Below are positions 18,266-26,714 of a stretch of 64,000 bases of DNA, one piece after another. Both the position numbers and the translations under genes were made by a program. Source of the stretch: an uncultured Desulfovibrio sp. (GTDB taxonomy: Bacteria; Desulfobacterota; Desulfovibrionia; Desulfovibrionales; Desulfovibrionaceae); contig NZ_CALVHE010000002.1 in the NCBI RefSeq assembly GCF_944327235.1, positions 19,089 through 83,088 of the forward strand. Direction: 5' to 3'. How positions within the stretch are numbered: the stretch's first letter is position 1; every line of letters begins with the position of its first letter. The notes under the pieces are model-generated. The model searched no databases. It saw only the letters and a list, made by a program, of their open reading frames with translations, and was not told the DNA's origin.

Positions 18266-19387
18266 ATGGAAAATTTCGAGCAATTTCTGGCAAAATGGCC
18301 GCGCGAACGGCGCGCCCGCATCGCTGAAAGCGCCACGGAAGAGCAGGTGCTTGCCGCCCTGTGCAAGGATACCCTCCAGCCCGAGGACTTCCTCGTGCTG
18401 CTCTCACCGGCCGCCGCGCCGCATCTGGAAGATCTGGCCCAGCGCGCCCATGAGCTGACCCTGCGCTATTTCGGCCGGGCCGTGAACCTCTTCACGCCGC
18501 TGTACATCTCGGATGTCTGCACCAACCAGTGCCGCTACTGCGGTTTCAACGCCAAGAACACCCAGCCCCGGCGTCATCTGAACATGGACGAGATCGAAGC
18601 CGAGGCCCGCGTCATCGCGGATATGGGATTGCAGCACATCCTGCTGCTGACCGGCGACGCGCGCAAGCTGTCCTCCCCCGAGTACATTGCCGATGCCGCC
18701 CGCCGCATCAAGCCCATGTTCGCTTCCGTCGGGGTGGAAGTCTACTCCCTGACCGAGGACGAATACCGCCTGCTCATCGACGCCGGTGTGGACAGCATGA
18801 CCATGTTCCAGGAGACCTACAATCCTGAACTCTACGACTGGCTGCATCCGGCCGGGCCCAAGAAGGACTATTCCTTCCGGCTCAATGCGCCGGAACGGGC
18901 CGCCCGTGCGGGGATGCGTTCCCTTGGCGTGGGCGCGCTGCTCGGTCTGGACGAATTCATCCAGGACGCCTTCTGCACCGGGCTCCATGCCTGGTGGCTC
19001 ATGCGGCATTATCCGGGCGTGGACGTGGGCGTCTCCATCCCGCGCATCTGCTCGCATGAGGGGAGCTTCGACATCCCCCATGCCGTGGGCGACCGGCAGT
19101 TCGTGCAGTACATCACGGCCATGCGCTGCTTCCTGCCGCGCTCCGGCATCACCTGCTCCAGCCGGGAAAGCGCCTTCATGCGCGATCACCTCATCCCGCT
19201 GGGCGTGACCCGCGTTTCCGCGGGCGTGTCCACCGCCGTGGGCGGCCGGGCCACCGAGGCCGACAATTCCGGTCAGTTCGACATCACCGACCACCGCAGC
19301 GTGGAAGAGATGACCGCCGCACTGGCCGGCATCGGCTATCAGGCCGTCATCAAGGACTGGGAAGATCCCACCTCCACCCACGCCTGA
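18266..19387 (+). CDS. thiH: 2-iminoacetate synthase (tyrosine lyase), radical SAM
   Basis: CTNQCRYCGF radical-SAM cluster motif and ThiH-length protein directly after thiG. Confidence 0.88.
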   Translation: MENFEQFLAKWPRERRARIAESATEEQVLAALCKDTLQPEDFLVLLSPAAAPHLEDLAQRAHELTLRYFGRAVNLFTPLYISDVCTNQCRYCGFNAKNTQPRRHLNMDEIEAEARVIADMGLQHILLLTGDARKLSSPEYIADAARRIKPMFASVGVEVYSLTEDEYRLLIDAGVDSMTMFQETYNPELYDWLHPAGPKKDYSFRLNAPERAARAGMRSLGVGALLGLDEFIQDAFCTGLHAWWLMRHYPGVDVGVSIPRICSHEGSFDIPHAVGDRQFVQYITAMRCFLPRSGITCSSRESAFMRDHLIPLGVTRVSAGVSTAVGGRATEADNSGQFDITDHRSVEEMTAALAGIGYQAVIKDWEDPTSTHA

Positions 19388-19439
19388 TCCCGCTCCTTTC
19401 GTCGTTCCTTATGCACCGGTCCCTGTGCCGCTCCGGCGG

Positions 19440-19669
19440 CGCGGGGACCATTTTTTGTTTTTTGCGGGGGGAAGGAAGGGGGCTTTTTTGCAAAAAAGCC
19501 CCCTTCCTTCCCCCCGCGCCCCCCATCCATCCCGCAAAAAAATTTGCCGGGGAGGATGGCGGGGAAGCTTGCCCGCGCAGGTCGGTCCCTGCCTGATGGT
19601 CCCCCGGAAGCATGATGCGGAAAAAGCGGGATGGGGTATCCCACTCCGACGCTCTTCCTGGGCATTTTT
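19440..19669. repeat. Rearranged R2-type repeat (copy c5) made of inverted purine-rich modules
   Basis: Contains GGGGGGAAGGAAGGGGGC and GGGGAGGATGGCGGGG modules and their reverse complements. These are the same modules as in 45868-46157 and 56493-56743. It ends in a GACGCTCTTCCTGGGCATTTT module and directly abuts MITE copy B. Confidence 0.5.
19464..19517. repeat. Perfect 54-bp palindrome (27-bp arms, no spacer)
   Basis: GCGGGGGGAAGGAAGGGGGCTTTTTTG|CAAAAAAGCCCCCTTCCTTCCCCCCGC. I checked base by base that the right arm is the exact reverse complement of the left arm. Confidence 0.95.
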
Positions 19670-19671
19670 TA

Positions 19672-19816
19672 GAGCATGTTGCCTTTGAAAAAGGCAAAAC
19701 GCGAGACGGAGGCGCAGCGTAGCCCAGCCCATACCAAGCGGGAAAAACCACGTTTTTTCCGTGAAACGACAGTCCGTACGGTGTGGAACGTGAAGCGTTT
19801 CAAACTGAAAATGTTC
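19672..19816 (+). mobile_element. MITE-like repeat R1, copy B
   Basis: 145 bp flanked by TA on both sides (19670-19671 and 19817-18). The left end GAGCATGTTGCCTTTGAAA matches the reverse complement of the right end GAACATTTTCAGTTTGAAA at 14/19. Confidence 0.8.
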
Positions 19817-19980
19817 TATGATGCTGAGGGTATCGCTGGCTGGACGGCGGGAGGCGAAACGTGGAAACGGCCTTGAGCAAACAGTCCTTCCTTAAAAACT
19901 GTTTGAGTGACCAAACTATTTCTGGACAATGGGGGCGCAAAGGCGCACAGTAGGGCATCCATTTTTCGGGGAGGCATGTC

Positions 19981-20958
19981 ATGCTGGTTGCGTTTTGGGC
20001 CGTGTTGCCGGTGTTCCTGATCATCGGGATGGGGGTATTCCTGCGGGCAAGGGATCTGTTGCCGGACAGCACGGGCAAGGTCATGGGGCTTTATGTGCTC
20101 AAGCTGGCGCTGCCTCTGCTGTTGCTGCACGTCATGGCCCAGGCGGACAGGGACACGCTGGCGCATGGCGGTTTCTGGCTGGGGGCGCTGGGTGCGCCGC
20201 TGGGGTGTTTCGTGTTGGGCTATCTGGCCGACAGGCTGTTCTGCCGCCGTGGAGCCGGGGCGGCGGTCATCTCCGGTCTGGGGTGCAGCGCCTGCAACAC
20301 GGCCTTTGTGGGCCTGCCCATCGTGGAAAGTCTTTTCCCCGGCAACACCGAGGCGCTGGTGGTGGCGGGCCTCATGACGCTGACGCCCAACGTGGTGGTC
20401 ATCCTGGGGCAGGTGCGGCTGGACCTGCTCAATGGCGTCACCGCTTGGGAAGAGGGACAGAGCCGGGCCTGGATACTCTTTCGCGCGCTGGTGTTGGGCA
20501 ATCCCATCCTGCTTTCGACGGTGGCGGGGCTGACGTTGGCCTTGGCCGGAACTGGGCTTTGGGCGCCGCTCGACAGGGCTTGCGCACTGGTGGGGTTCAC
20601 GGCCGCGCCCTGCATGTTGGTCGCTCTGGGCTTCGATCTGGGGCAAAAGCTGCGGCTGGCGCTCACGCGCAGCGCGGGCCATGCCTTCTGGCGGCAGGCC
20701 TGGTTGGTGGGCTGCAAGCTGGTGCTCTGTCCGCTGCTCTGCTGGCTGATCATGGCTCCGCTGGACGTGGAGCCGCTCTGGCTGGGCGTGGGCGTGCTCA
20801 TGAGCGCCACAGGCACGGCGCTGGTGGCCTCGGTGCTGGCGCAGGTCTACAATGCCCTGCCGGAGGAAGCCGCCTTTACGGCTGTCCTGAGCAACGGGGC
20901 CAGCCTCGTCACGCTGACCGCCTGCATCCTGCTGTTGCAATGGGGCGGATATTTTTAG
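19981..20958 (+). CDS. AEC (auxin efflux carrier) family transporter
   Basis: 325 aa and strongly hydrophobic, with about 10 predicted TM segments. The N-terminus resembles the membrane transport protein family PF03547. Confidence 0.8.
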   Translation: MLVAFWAVLPVFLIIGMGVFLRARDLLPDSTGKVMGLYVLKLALPLLLLHVMAQADRDTLAHGGFWLGALGAPLGCFVLGYLADRLFCRRGAGAAVISGLGCSACNTAFVGLPIVESLFPGNTEALVVAGLMTLTPNVVVILGQVRLDLLNGVTAWEEGQSRAWILFRALVLGNPILLSTVAGLTLALAGTGLWAPLDRACALVGFTAAPCMLVALGFDLGQKLRLALTRSAGHAFWRQAWLVGCKLVLCPLLCWLIMAPLDVEPLWLGVGVLMSATGTALVASVLAQVYNALPEEAAFTAVLSNGASLVTLTACILLLQWGGYF

Positions 20959-21069
20959 GCGCATTCCCACGGCAGTCTGAGGACTGACGCGGAAAGTGGC
21001 CTGGTCCGATCTGTTTCTCGTGGCGTTACGCTTTCAATGTCATATATTGCGGTTTTGCGGAAGTACCGC

Positions 21070-21110
21070 AAAAAAACCGCCGGGGCCGCGCTGGGCGCGG
21101 CCCCGGCGGT
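21070..21110 (-). terminator. Strong terminator for the minus-strand DUF362 gene
   Basis: CCGCCGGGGCCGCG-CTGG-GCGCGGCCCCGGCGG is a 14-bp stem. On the minus strand it is followed by T7. Confidence 0.8.
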
Positions 21111-21134
21111 TCGTGCATTCGAGAGGGCAGTCTC

Positions 21135-22262
21135 TCAGGCCTCGATGGTGTGCAGCCGATACTGACGTGTCCCCAGGCCGATACGTTCGGCGTGCTCCAC
21201 CTGACTGGAGCCGTGGGTGTCGGGATGGATGTCGGTAAAGCAGTCGCCGTGGCTGCGCTCGCACTGGCCGAGGAGGCTGGAGGCGATGACCGGCGCGGCA
21301 TTGACCGCGTCGATGCAGGCCTGATCCAGCGCCACGGGGTCGGCGGAGGCGAAGATGCCGATATCCGGCACGATGGCCGTATCGTTGCCGCCGTGACAGT
21401 CGCAGCAGGGCGAGATGTTGTTGGCTATGCTGATATGGAAGTGCGGGCGATCGTGCAGCACCGCGGCGGCGTATTCGGCCATGCGGGCATTGAGGATGTC
21501 GCTGGCGGCGTCGATGGGGCTGAAGATGGCGTCATGGTTGCAGATGCCGATGCAGCGGCCGCAGCCCACGCAGGCCTCCTGATCGATGCTGGCCTTGTGC
21601 TGGGCGTCCCAGCCGATGGCCCGCTGTGCGCAGAAGCGCATACAGGCCCCGCAGCTCCGGCATTTTTCGGCCGTGACCACGGGCTTGCTGCAACTGTGCA
21701 TGGCCATCTTGCCCGCGCGGCTGCCGCAGCCCATGCCCACGTTCTTGATGGCCCCGCCGAAGCCCGTGCGCTTGTGTCCCTTGAAGTGGTTGAGGGAAAT
21801 GAAGACATCGGCATCCATGATGGTGCGTCCGATGCGGGCCGTCTTGAAGATCTCCCCGTTGGGCACGGGGACTTCCACGTCATCCGTGCCCTTGAGGCCA
21901 TCCCCGATGAGGAGCTGACAGCCGACGGAAAGCGGGCTGAAGCCGTTTTCCTGCGCGGCGGCAAGGTGTTCGAGGGCATGTTTGCGCCGTCCCACATAGA
22001 GCGTGCTGCAGTCCGTGAGGAAGGGCAGACCGCCCCGTTCACGGATCATGTCCGCCACGCAGCGGGCGAAGTTGGGTCGCAAAAAGGCCAGATTGCCCGG
22101 TTCACCGAAATGCATCTTGATGGCCACGAACTTGCCGTCCACGTCCAGCGCGTCCAGCCCTGCCGCGCGCAGGAGTTTCTTCATCTTGGTCAGCAGGCTG
22201 TAATCCATGGGGCAGCGCATGTCCGTAAAATAGACATCCGCCACGGACTGGGGGGTGCTCAT
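21135..22262 (-). CDS. DUF362-type iron-sulfur protein with 2x[4Fe-4S] ferredoxin insert
   Basis: Start moved to ATG 22262 (MSTPQSVADVYFT...), because the 702-aa track ORF fuses upstream non-homologous sequence. Contains CRSCGACMRFC and CVGCGRCIGIC motifs. Confidence 0.82.
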   Translation of the reverse strand: MSTPQSVADVYFTDMRCPMDYSLLTKMKKLLRAAGLDALDVDGKFVAIKMHFGEPGNLAFLRPNFARCVADMIRERGGLPFLTDCSTLYVGRRKHALEHLAAAQENGFSPLSVGCQLLIGDGLKGTDDVEVPVPNGEIFKTARIGRTIMDADVFISLNHFKGHKRTGFGGAIKNVGMGCGSRAGKMAMHSCSKPVVTAEKCRSCGACMRFCAQRAIGWDAQHKASIDQEACVGCGRCIGICNHDAIFSPIDAASDILNARMAEYAAAVLHDRPHFHISIANNISPCCDCHGGNDTAIVPDIGIFASADPVALDQACIDAVNAAPVIASSLLGQCERSHGDCFTDIHPDTHGSSQVEHAERIGLGTRQYRLHTIEA

Positions 22263-22846
22263 CCCTTTTGCTCCTGATTCTTGTAGATCATGCCCGCCGT
22301 GTAGGCCGGGGCCACCTCGCTGCCCAGACGGTAATAATGACGGCTCGCCGCGTCGTATACCAGCGGGTCCACCTTGAAGATGTCGGGCTGTTCGCCGTCC
22401 ATGCAGCTTTCCAGAGCGCTGACGTTGCATATTTCGCCGATCATGAGCGAGTGGCTGGGCAGCTCCACATGCTGCAGCAGACGGCATTCCAGCACGATGG
22501 GACATTCTCCGGCATAGGGAGCATCCACGTGTTCGCTGCGGCAGGGGGTCAGCCCCGTAGCGGTGAACTTGTCCACCGTACGGCCGCACGTGATGCCGGC
22601 AAAGTCCGCCTGCGCCGCCATGGCGGCGGAAGGGATGCCCAGCGTGAAGGCCTTGCGCTGCAAAAGGGGATCGTGCGTCCAGCGTGACGGGCGAATGGAG
22701 ACGGTGACGCAGGGCGGCGTGGAATTGCAGATGCCGCCCCATGCGGCGGCCATGAGGTTGGGGCGGCCTTCGGCATCGTAGACGCCCACAAGCAGGACCG
22801 GCATGGGATAGGTCAGGGGACGCGGGCCAAGATCGCGGCGTGTCAT
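22259..22846 (-). CDS. Flavin reductase-like FMN-binding protein (flavoredoxin-like)
   Basis: Start ATG 22846 with an AAGGAG upstream. YPMPVLLVG...NLMAAAWG block of the flavin reductase domain. ATGA overlap with the downstream gene. Confidence 0.82.
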   Translation of the reverse strand: MTRRDLGPRPLTYPMPVLLVGVYDAEGRPNLMAAAWGGICNSTPPCVTVSIRPSRWTHDPLLQRKAFTLGIPSAAMAAQADFAGITCGRTVDKFTATGLTPCRSEHVDAPYAGECPIVLECRLLQHVELPSHSLMIGEICNVSALESCMDGEQPDIFKVDPLVYDAASRHYYRLGSEVAPAYTAGMIYKNQEQKG

Positions 22847-23000
22847 GGCAGGACTCCTTGAAAGGGTTGGCCGCAAGGACGGCGTTCCGTCCCCGGGCGA
22901 TAACAGGCATATCCCTTTTTGCTATCCCGGAGCCCGGCAAGTGTCCAGTCCTGTGCGTGCGTCTCCGTCTGCCCGGTCCGGTGGGACAGACCAAGGTTAG

Positions 23001-23124
23001 TTGATGCAAATTTACAAATAATTTCGATAAATAAGGGGGGATAGTCCGCACGCGCGCCGCTTGCCTTCGCGGGCGGGGTCCCCTTTCCCTCCCAAACAGG
23101 CAGCGAATAGTGTCAACAGGCCCT
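23001..23124 (+). repeat. Repeat family R2, internally deleted copy (c2)
   Basis: AT-rich head TTGATGCAAATTTACAAATAATTTCGATAAATAA and tail CCCTTTCCCTCCCAAACAGGCAGCGAATAGTGTCAACAGGCCCT, both shared with 45868-46157. Confidence 0.6.
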
Positions 23125-23136
23125 GGCGGGATGTTT

Positions 23137-23583
23137 TCAGCGTGGCCCGCGTTCCTTGCCGCAGATATCTTCCACGTCGATGCGCAGCAGATTGACCCGT
23201 CGCAGCATGGCATCCGGGGCGGGACGCGGGCAACGCGAGGCATAGCGCAGGCTCAGGGCATCCAGCGCCCGGCGCTTTTCTTCCGGCTCCTCGACGATGC
23301 GGATACGTCCGCAGCCGCTGACGCTCTTGTACCAGGTGGTGCTCCGTTCGCGGACGATGGTCACGTCCAGCGCGGCCGCAAAGCCCACGCGGTCATCCTG
23401 TCGGAGCAGATCGATCTTGCGGCCCGTGAACGCGCAGTGCAGATAGAGACATCCGTCCAGCCAGACGAAGTTGAGGGGCAGCACATAGGGGAATCCCCCG
23501 CCGGAAAAGCTGACGAAAAGTTCATCGGCCCGCTGGAAGAAGGCGTCCAGCCAGGCGGGATCGTGGCGAAATCGTCCTTTCAT
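23137..23583 (-). CDS. Pyridoxamine 5'-phosphate oxidase-family FMN-binding protein
   Basis: 148 aa from ATG 23583. The pattern PYVLPLNFVW..G.LYLHCA...K resembles the split-barrel PNPOx-like family. Confidence 0.75.
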   Translation of the reverse strand: MKGRFRHDPAWLDAFFQRADELFVSFSGGGFPYVLPLNFVWLDGCLYLHCAFTGRKIDLLRQDDRVGFAAALDVTIVRERSTTWYKSVSGCGRIRIVEEPEEKRRALDALSLRYASRCPRPAPDAMLRRVNLLRIDVEDICGKERGPR

Positions 23584-24266
23584 GAGGCGATGCTCCGAGG
23601 GGATAGGGCGGCGGCATCCGGGGCGGCGAGCGGCGGCTCCTGCGGGGCCAGGACCGCCAGAACGGACTGCCAGCAGGCGCGGGCGGCGGCAAGATCGGCG
23701 GCATCCGGGTGGCGGGCGGCCTCGGCCAGCCGGGCGGCGCGACCTTCGGTCATGGGATGGGTCCCCTTGCGGGCGGAGGCGGCCAGCACGCGCGGGTCGA
23801 CGCGCCCCTGACAAAGGAATTCGCCCACGATCCGGTTGCCGTTGGCCGTCAGCAGGGTACGAGCGCCTTCCAGACAGCGGCAGGCATGAGCGGAGTGGGG
23901 CCAGGCCCCCAGCGTGCCGAAAAGGAAGACATGCTTGTCGCGGATGCCGGACCAGAAGCGTTGCGAGCGGGCGTCCGGCAGTCCCTTGCGGACCCAGAAG
24001 CCCAGAGCAAGCAGGTCATAGGCGGCGACATCTGGTTTCTGCGTCAGGCTGTGGAGCGGGAGCCGCCCCAGGGCCAGCGCTTCAGCCACCCGTCGTGTGT
24101 TGCCCGTGATGGAGGAATAGAGGACAGCCGCGCGCAGGCCGGGCGCGGAGGCGACAGGGGGAAGCCCCTCGGTGCCGCTTTCCGGCAGGAGACAGCGGAC
24201 ATGGGGCCGGGCGGCTTCCGCCGTATCCGGCAGGCGGGGCGCGTCGGGGGCGGGAAGCTCAGTCAT
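23580..24266 (-). CDS. Flavodoxin-like protein
   Basis: Start ATG 24266 overlaps the hcpR stop. AVLYSSITGNTRRVAE matches the flavodoxin (S/T)xTGxT phosphate-binding loop. The Ala-rich C-terminal tail is atypical. Confidence 0.7.
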   Translation of the reverse strand: MTELPAPDAPRLPDTAEAARPHVRCLLPESGTEGLPPVASAPGLRAAVLYSSITGNTRRVAEALALGRLPLHSLTQKPDVAAYDLLALGFWVRKGLPDARSQRFWSGIRDKHVFLFGTLGAWPHSAHACRCLEGARTLLTANGNRIVGEFLCQGRVDPRVLAASARKGTHPMTEGRAARLAEAARHPDAADLAAARACWQSVLAVLAPQEPPLAAPDAAALSPRSIAS

Positions 24267-24957
24267 GGGCGCTGCGCTCCAGGATATCGCGTTGGAGGAT
24301 CTCCACCCGGCGGCGTTCCAGCCGGATGACGCCCGCCCGGGCCAGACCGTTGAGTTCCCGGCTGAGGCTTTCCCGACTGACGCCCAGCAGGCGCGCCAGC
24401 AGTTCCCGCGTGCCGGAAAGATGGAGCGTGCCGCTTTTTTCCATCTTGCTGCGGTGCAGCAGCCACGCGGCGACCCGGCGCGAAACGGAAATGACGCCCT
24501 GCGAGTTGACGATCTTGTTGATGAACAGCCGCTGACGATGGGACAGGACGGCCAGCAGGTAGGCCGCCAGTGCCGGGTTACGGGACAGACAGCGCAGCAG
24601 GGCGCTTTTGTCCAGCCAGAGCACGCGCCCGCTCGTGACCATGACGGCCGAGGTCGGCACGCCCCCCGTATAGTAGAGGGCCGCCACATCGCAGAATGCG
24701 CCGGGCCGCAGCAGATGCAGCACATATTCTCTGGCCTGCGGACCGGCCTTGATCAGCTTGACCTCGCCGGACAGCAGGAAGGGCAGGGCGCTGAGTTCCT
24801 CGCCTTCCCGGTACAGGGTCTCCGCGGCGGCGACGTCCTGCAGTCGGGCGCGGGCCGCCAGTTCCGGCCAGTCGGCCGCTTCCAGCACATCGGCAAGGTC
24901 TCGCTGATGCAGGGCGGCGCGCAGGCGGCTTTCAGGGGTGGTGGCGGTATGCGGCAT
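24259..24957 (-). CDS. hcpR: Crp/Fnr-family transcriptional regulator, HcpR-like by context
   Basis: cNMP-binding-like N-terminal barrel and C-terminal HTH (RELLARLLGVSRESLSRELN). Located directly downstream of hcp, with TGTGA-N6-TCACA boxes upstream of hcp. Confidence 0.8.
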   Translation of the reverse strand: MPHTATTPESRLRAALHQRDLADVLEAADWPELAARARLQDVAAAETLYREGEELSALPFLLSGEVKLIKAGPQAREYVLHLLRPGAFCDVAALYYTGGVPTSAVMVTSGRVLWLDKSALLRCLSRNPALAAYLLAVLSHRQRLFINKIVNSQGVISVSRRVAAWLLHRSKMEKSGTLHLSGTRELLARLLGVSRESLSRELNGLARAGVIRLERRRVEILQRDILERSAHD

Positions 24958-24982
24958 GGCGTCCTCGTGGAGAAAGCGGGAC

Positions 24983-25017
24983 AGGTGCGGCGACCTGCGG
25001 GAAGGGTCGCCGCACCT
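24983..25017 (-). terminator. Stem-loop between hcp and hcpR (possible partial terminator or processing site)
   Basis: AGGTGCGGCGAC-11 nt-GTCGCCGCACCT is a 12-bp stem with only a weak T-tract on the minus strand. Confidence 0.35.
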
Positions 25018-25027
25018 TGGGGGGAAA

Positions 25028-26617
25028 TCAGCCCAGGATGGCCTTGAGGTCTTCTTCCGGGCTGCTGATGGGAGCGATGCCCCATTTTTCGACCAGCAGG
25101 TTGAGGATGTTGGGCGACATGAAAGCCGGCAGGCTCGGTCCGAGCCGCATGTTCCTGACGCCGAGGGCCAGCAGGGTCAGCAGGATGCTGACGGCCTTCT
25201 GCTCGTACCACGACAGGATGAGGGACAGCGGCAGATCGTTGACGCCGCGATCCAGGGCCTCGGCCAGCGCAAGGGCCGTGCGTACGGCCGCGTAGGCATC
25301 ATTGCACTGACCCACGTCGAGCAGGCGGGGCAGGTCCCCGATGCTGCCGAGGTCCTTGTCGAAGAAGCGGAACTTGCCGCAGGCCAGCGTCAGGACAAGG
25401 CAGTCGGCGGGGATCTTCTCCACCAGTTCCGTGTAATAGTTGCGACCGGCACGCGCGCCGTCGCAACCGCCCACTAGGAAGATGTGGCGCAGCTTGCCCG
25501 CCTTGACGGCGTCCAGCACGGCGGGAGCCGCGCCGAGCAGGGTCTGTCGGCCAAAACCGGTCAGCACGCTCTTGCCCGGCACGTCTTCGGCAAAACCGGG
25601 CAGCGCCTGCGCCTTGCGGATGACGGCGGAAAAGTCGCGGTCCGTACAGTGCGTCAGGCTCGGCCAGCCCACATTGCCGGAGGTGAATACCTTGTCCGCG
25701 TAGCCGCGCGGGTCCTGGATGCAGTTGGTGGTGAAGAGCACCGCGCCGGGGAAGGCGGGGAGTTCCTTCTGCTGGTTCTGCCAGGCCGTGCCGTAGTGTC
25801 CGGCCAGATGGGGATGGGCCCTGAGGGCGGGGTAGCCGTGGGCGGGCAGCATCTCGCCATGCGTATAGATGTTGATGCCGGTACCGGCCGTCTGTTCGAG
25901 CAGGGCGGCCAGGTCGGCCAGGTCGTGCCCGGAGACGAGGATGGCCTTGCCCTTGCGCTGTCCCAGCGAGACCGGCGTGGGCGAGGGGTGGCCGAAGGTC
26001 CCTGTATTGCCGTCTTCCAGCAGCTCCATGGCGCGCAGGTTGGTCTTGCCGCATTCCATGAGCAGCTCCAGCCAGCCGTTGAGATCGGGACTGTCGTCAG
26101 CCAGCGGCGTACCGGCCACGAGGCCCTGATAGAGGAAGGTCGCCACAGCGGGGTCCCGGCGGCCGAGCACGGCCGCATGATCGGCATAGGCGGCCACGCC
26201 CTTGAGACCGTAGAGCAGCAGCTGCATGGCCGAACGCACATCCTCGTTATCGGCAAAGGCATCCGTGCCCGTGGGCAGACCGGCTATGAAGGTCTTCCAG
26301 TCCGACGGCGGCTCGGGGAGACCTGCCGCGCGCGCCAGACCGCGCGTCCGCGTCATGCAGGCTTCCTGTAGGGCGGTCAGGGCGTCGGGGTCGAAATTGA
26401 CGTTGGTCAGGGTGGAGAACAGCGCCTTGAAGGCAAAGTCGTCCACGGCGACATCCGTCACCCCGGCGGCGCGGGCGGCCAGGGCCACATCGGCCAGGCG
26501 GCGCAGACCGGCCACGAGTTCGTCCTGTTGCGCCGCCACCGCGGCGGTCTTTCCACACACGCCGAGGACCGTGCAGCCCTTGCCCTTGGCGGTCTGTTCA
26601 CATTGATTGCAAAACAT
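25028..26617 (-). CDS. hcp: Hybrid cluster protein (hydroxylamine reductase)
   Basis: Start ATG 26617 (MFCNQCEQTAKGKGC...GVCGK N-terminal Cys motif) with AAGGAGAAG upstream. Conserved GHDL, YTHGEMLPA, NCDGR-type and WYEQKAV blocks. Confidence 0.95.
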   Translation of the reverse strand: MFCNQCEQTAKGKGCTVLGVCGKTAAVAAQQDELVAGLRRLADVALAARAAGVTDVAVDDFAFKALFSTLTNVNFDPDALTALQEACMTRTRGLARAAGLPEPPSDWKTFIAGLPTGTDAFADNEDVRSAMQLLLYGLKGVAAYADHAAVLGRRDPAVATFLYQGLVAGTPLADDSPDLNGWLELLMECGKTNLRAMELLEDGNTGTFGHPSPTPVSLGQRKGKAILVSGHDLADLAALLEQTAGTGINIYTHGEMLPAHGYPALRAHPHLAGHYGTAWQNQQKELPAFPGAVLFTTNCIQDPRGYADKVFTSGNVGWPSLTHCTDRDFSAVIRKAQALPGFAEDVPGKSVLTGFGRQTLLGAAPAVLDAVKAGKLRHIFLVGGCDGARAGRNYYTELVEKIPADCLVLTLACGKFRFFDKDLGSIGDLPRLLDVGQCNDAYAAVRTALALAEALDRGVNDLPLSLILSWYEQKAVSILLTLLALGVRNMRLGPSLPAFMSPNILNLLVEKWGIAPISSPEEDLKAILG

Positions 26618-26674
26618 GGCTCTTCTCCTTGAGGGAAGTGATGTCCCACTTGACCACAGGACGGCATCCCGCTC

Positions 26675-26690
26675 TGTGATGGTGGTCACA
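26675..26690. promoter_or_regulatory. CRP/FNR-type palindrome, candidate HcpR box 1
   Basis: TGTGA-TGGTGG-TCACA, with its centre about 65 nt upstream of the hcp ATG. Confidence 0.65.
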
Positions 26691-26714
26691 AAAGCGTGGA
26701 TACGTGCGTCATTT

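Noticed and set aside
19464-19517. The 54-bp palindrome as the thiH intrinsic terminator.
   Set aside because: The T-tract lies upstream of the hairpin on the plus strand, and an A-tract follows it on the minus strand. Neither orientation has the hairpin-then-U-run architecture. It is kept as an unexplained structure instead.
21135-23243. 702-aa ORF-track product spanning the DUF362 gene, the flavoredoxin region and an R2 repeat. Likewise the 381-aa ORF 23580-24725 and the 443-aa ORF 13440-14771.
   Set aside because: The N-terminal extensions are out-of-context, low-complexity read-through over neighbouring genes in other frames. Internal ATGs with SD sequences and stop/start overlaps (22262, 24266, 14450) give proteins of family-typical length.
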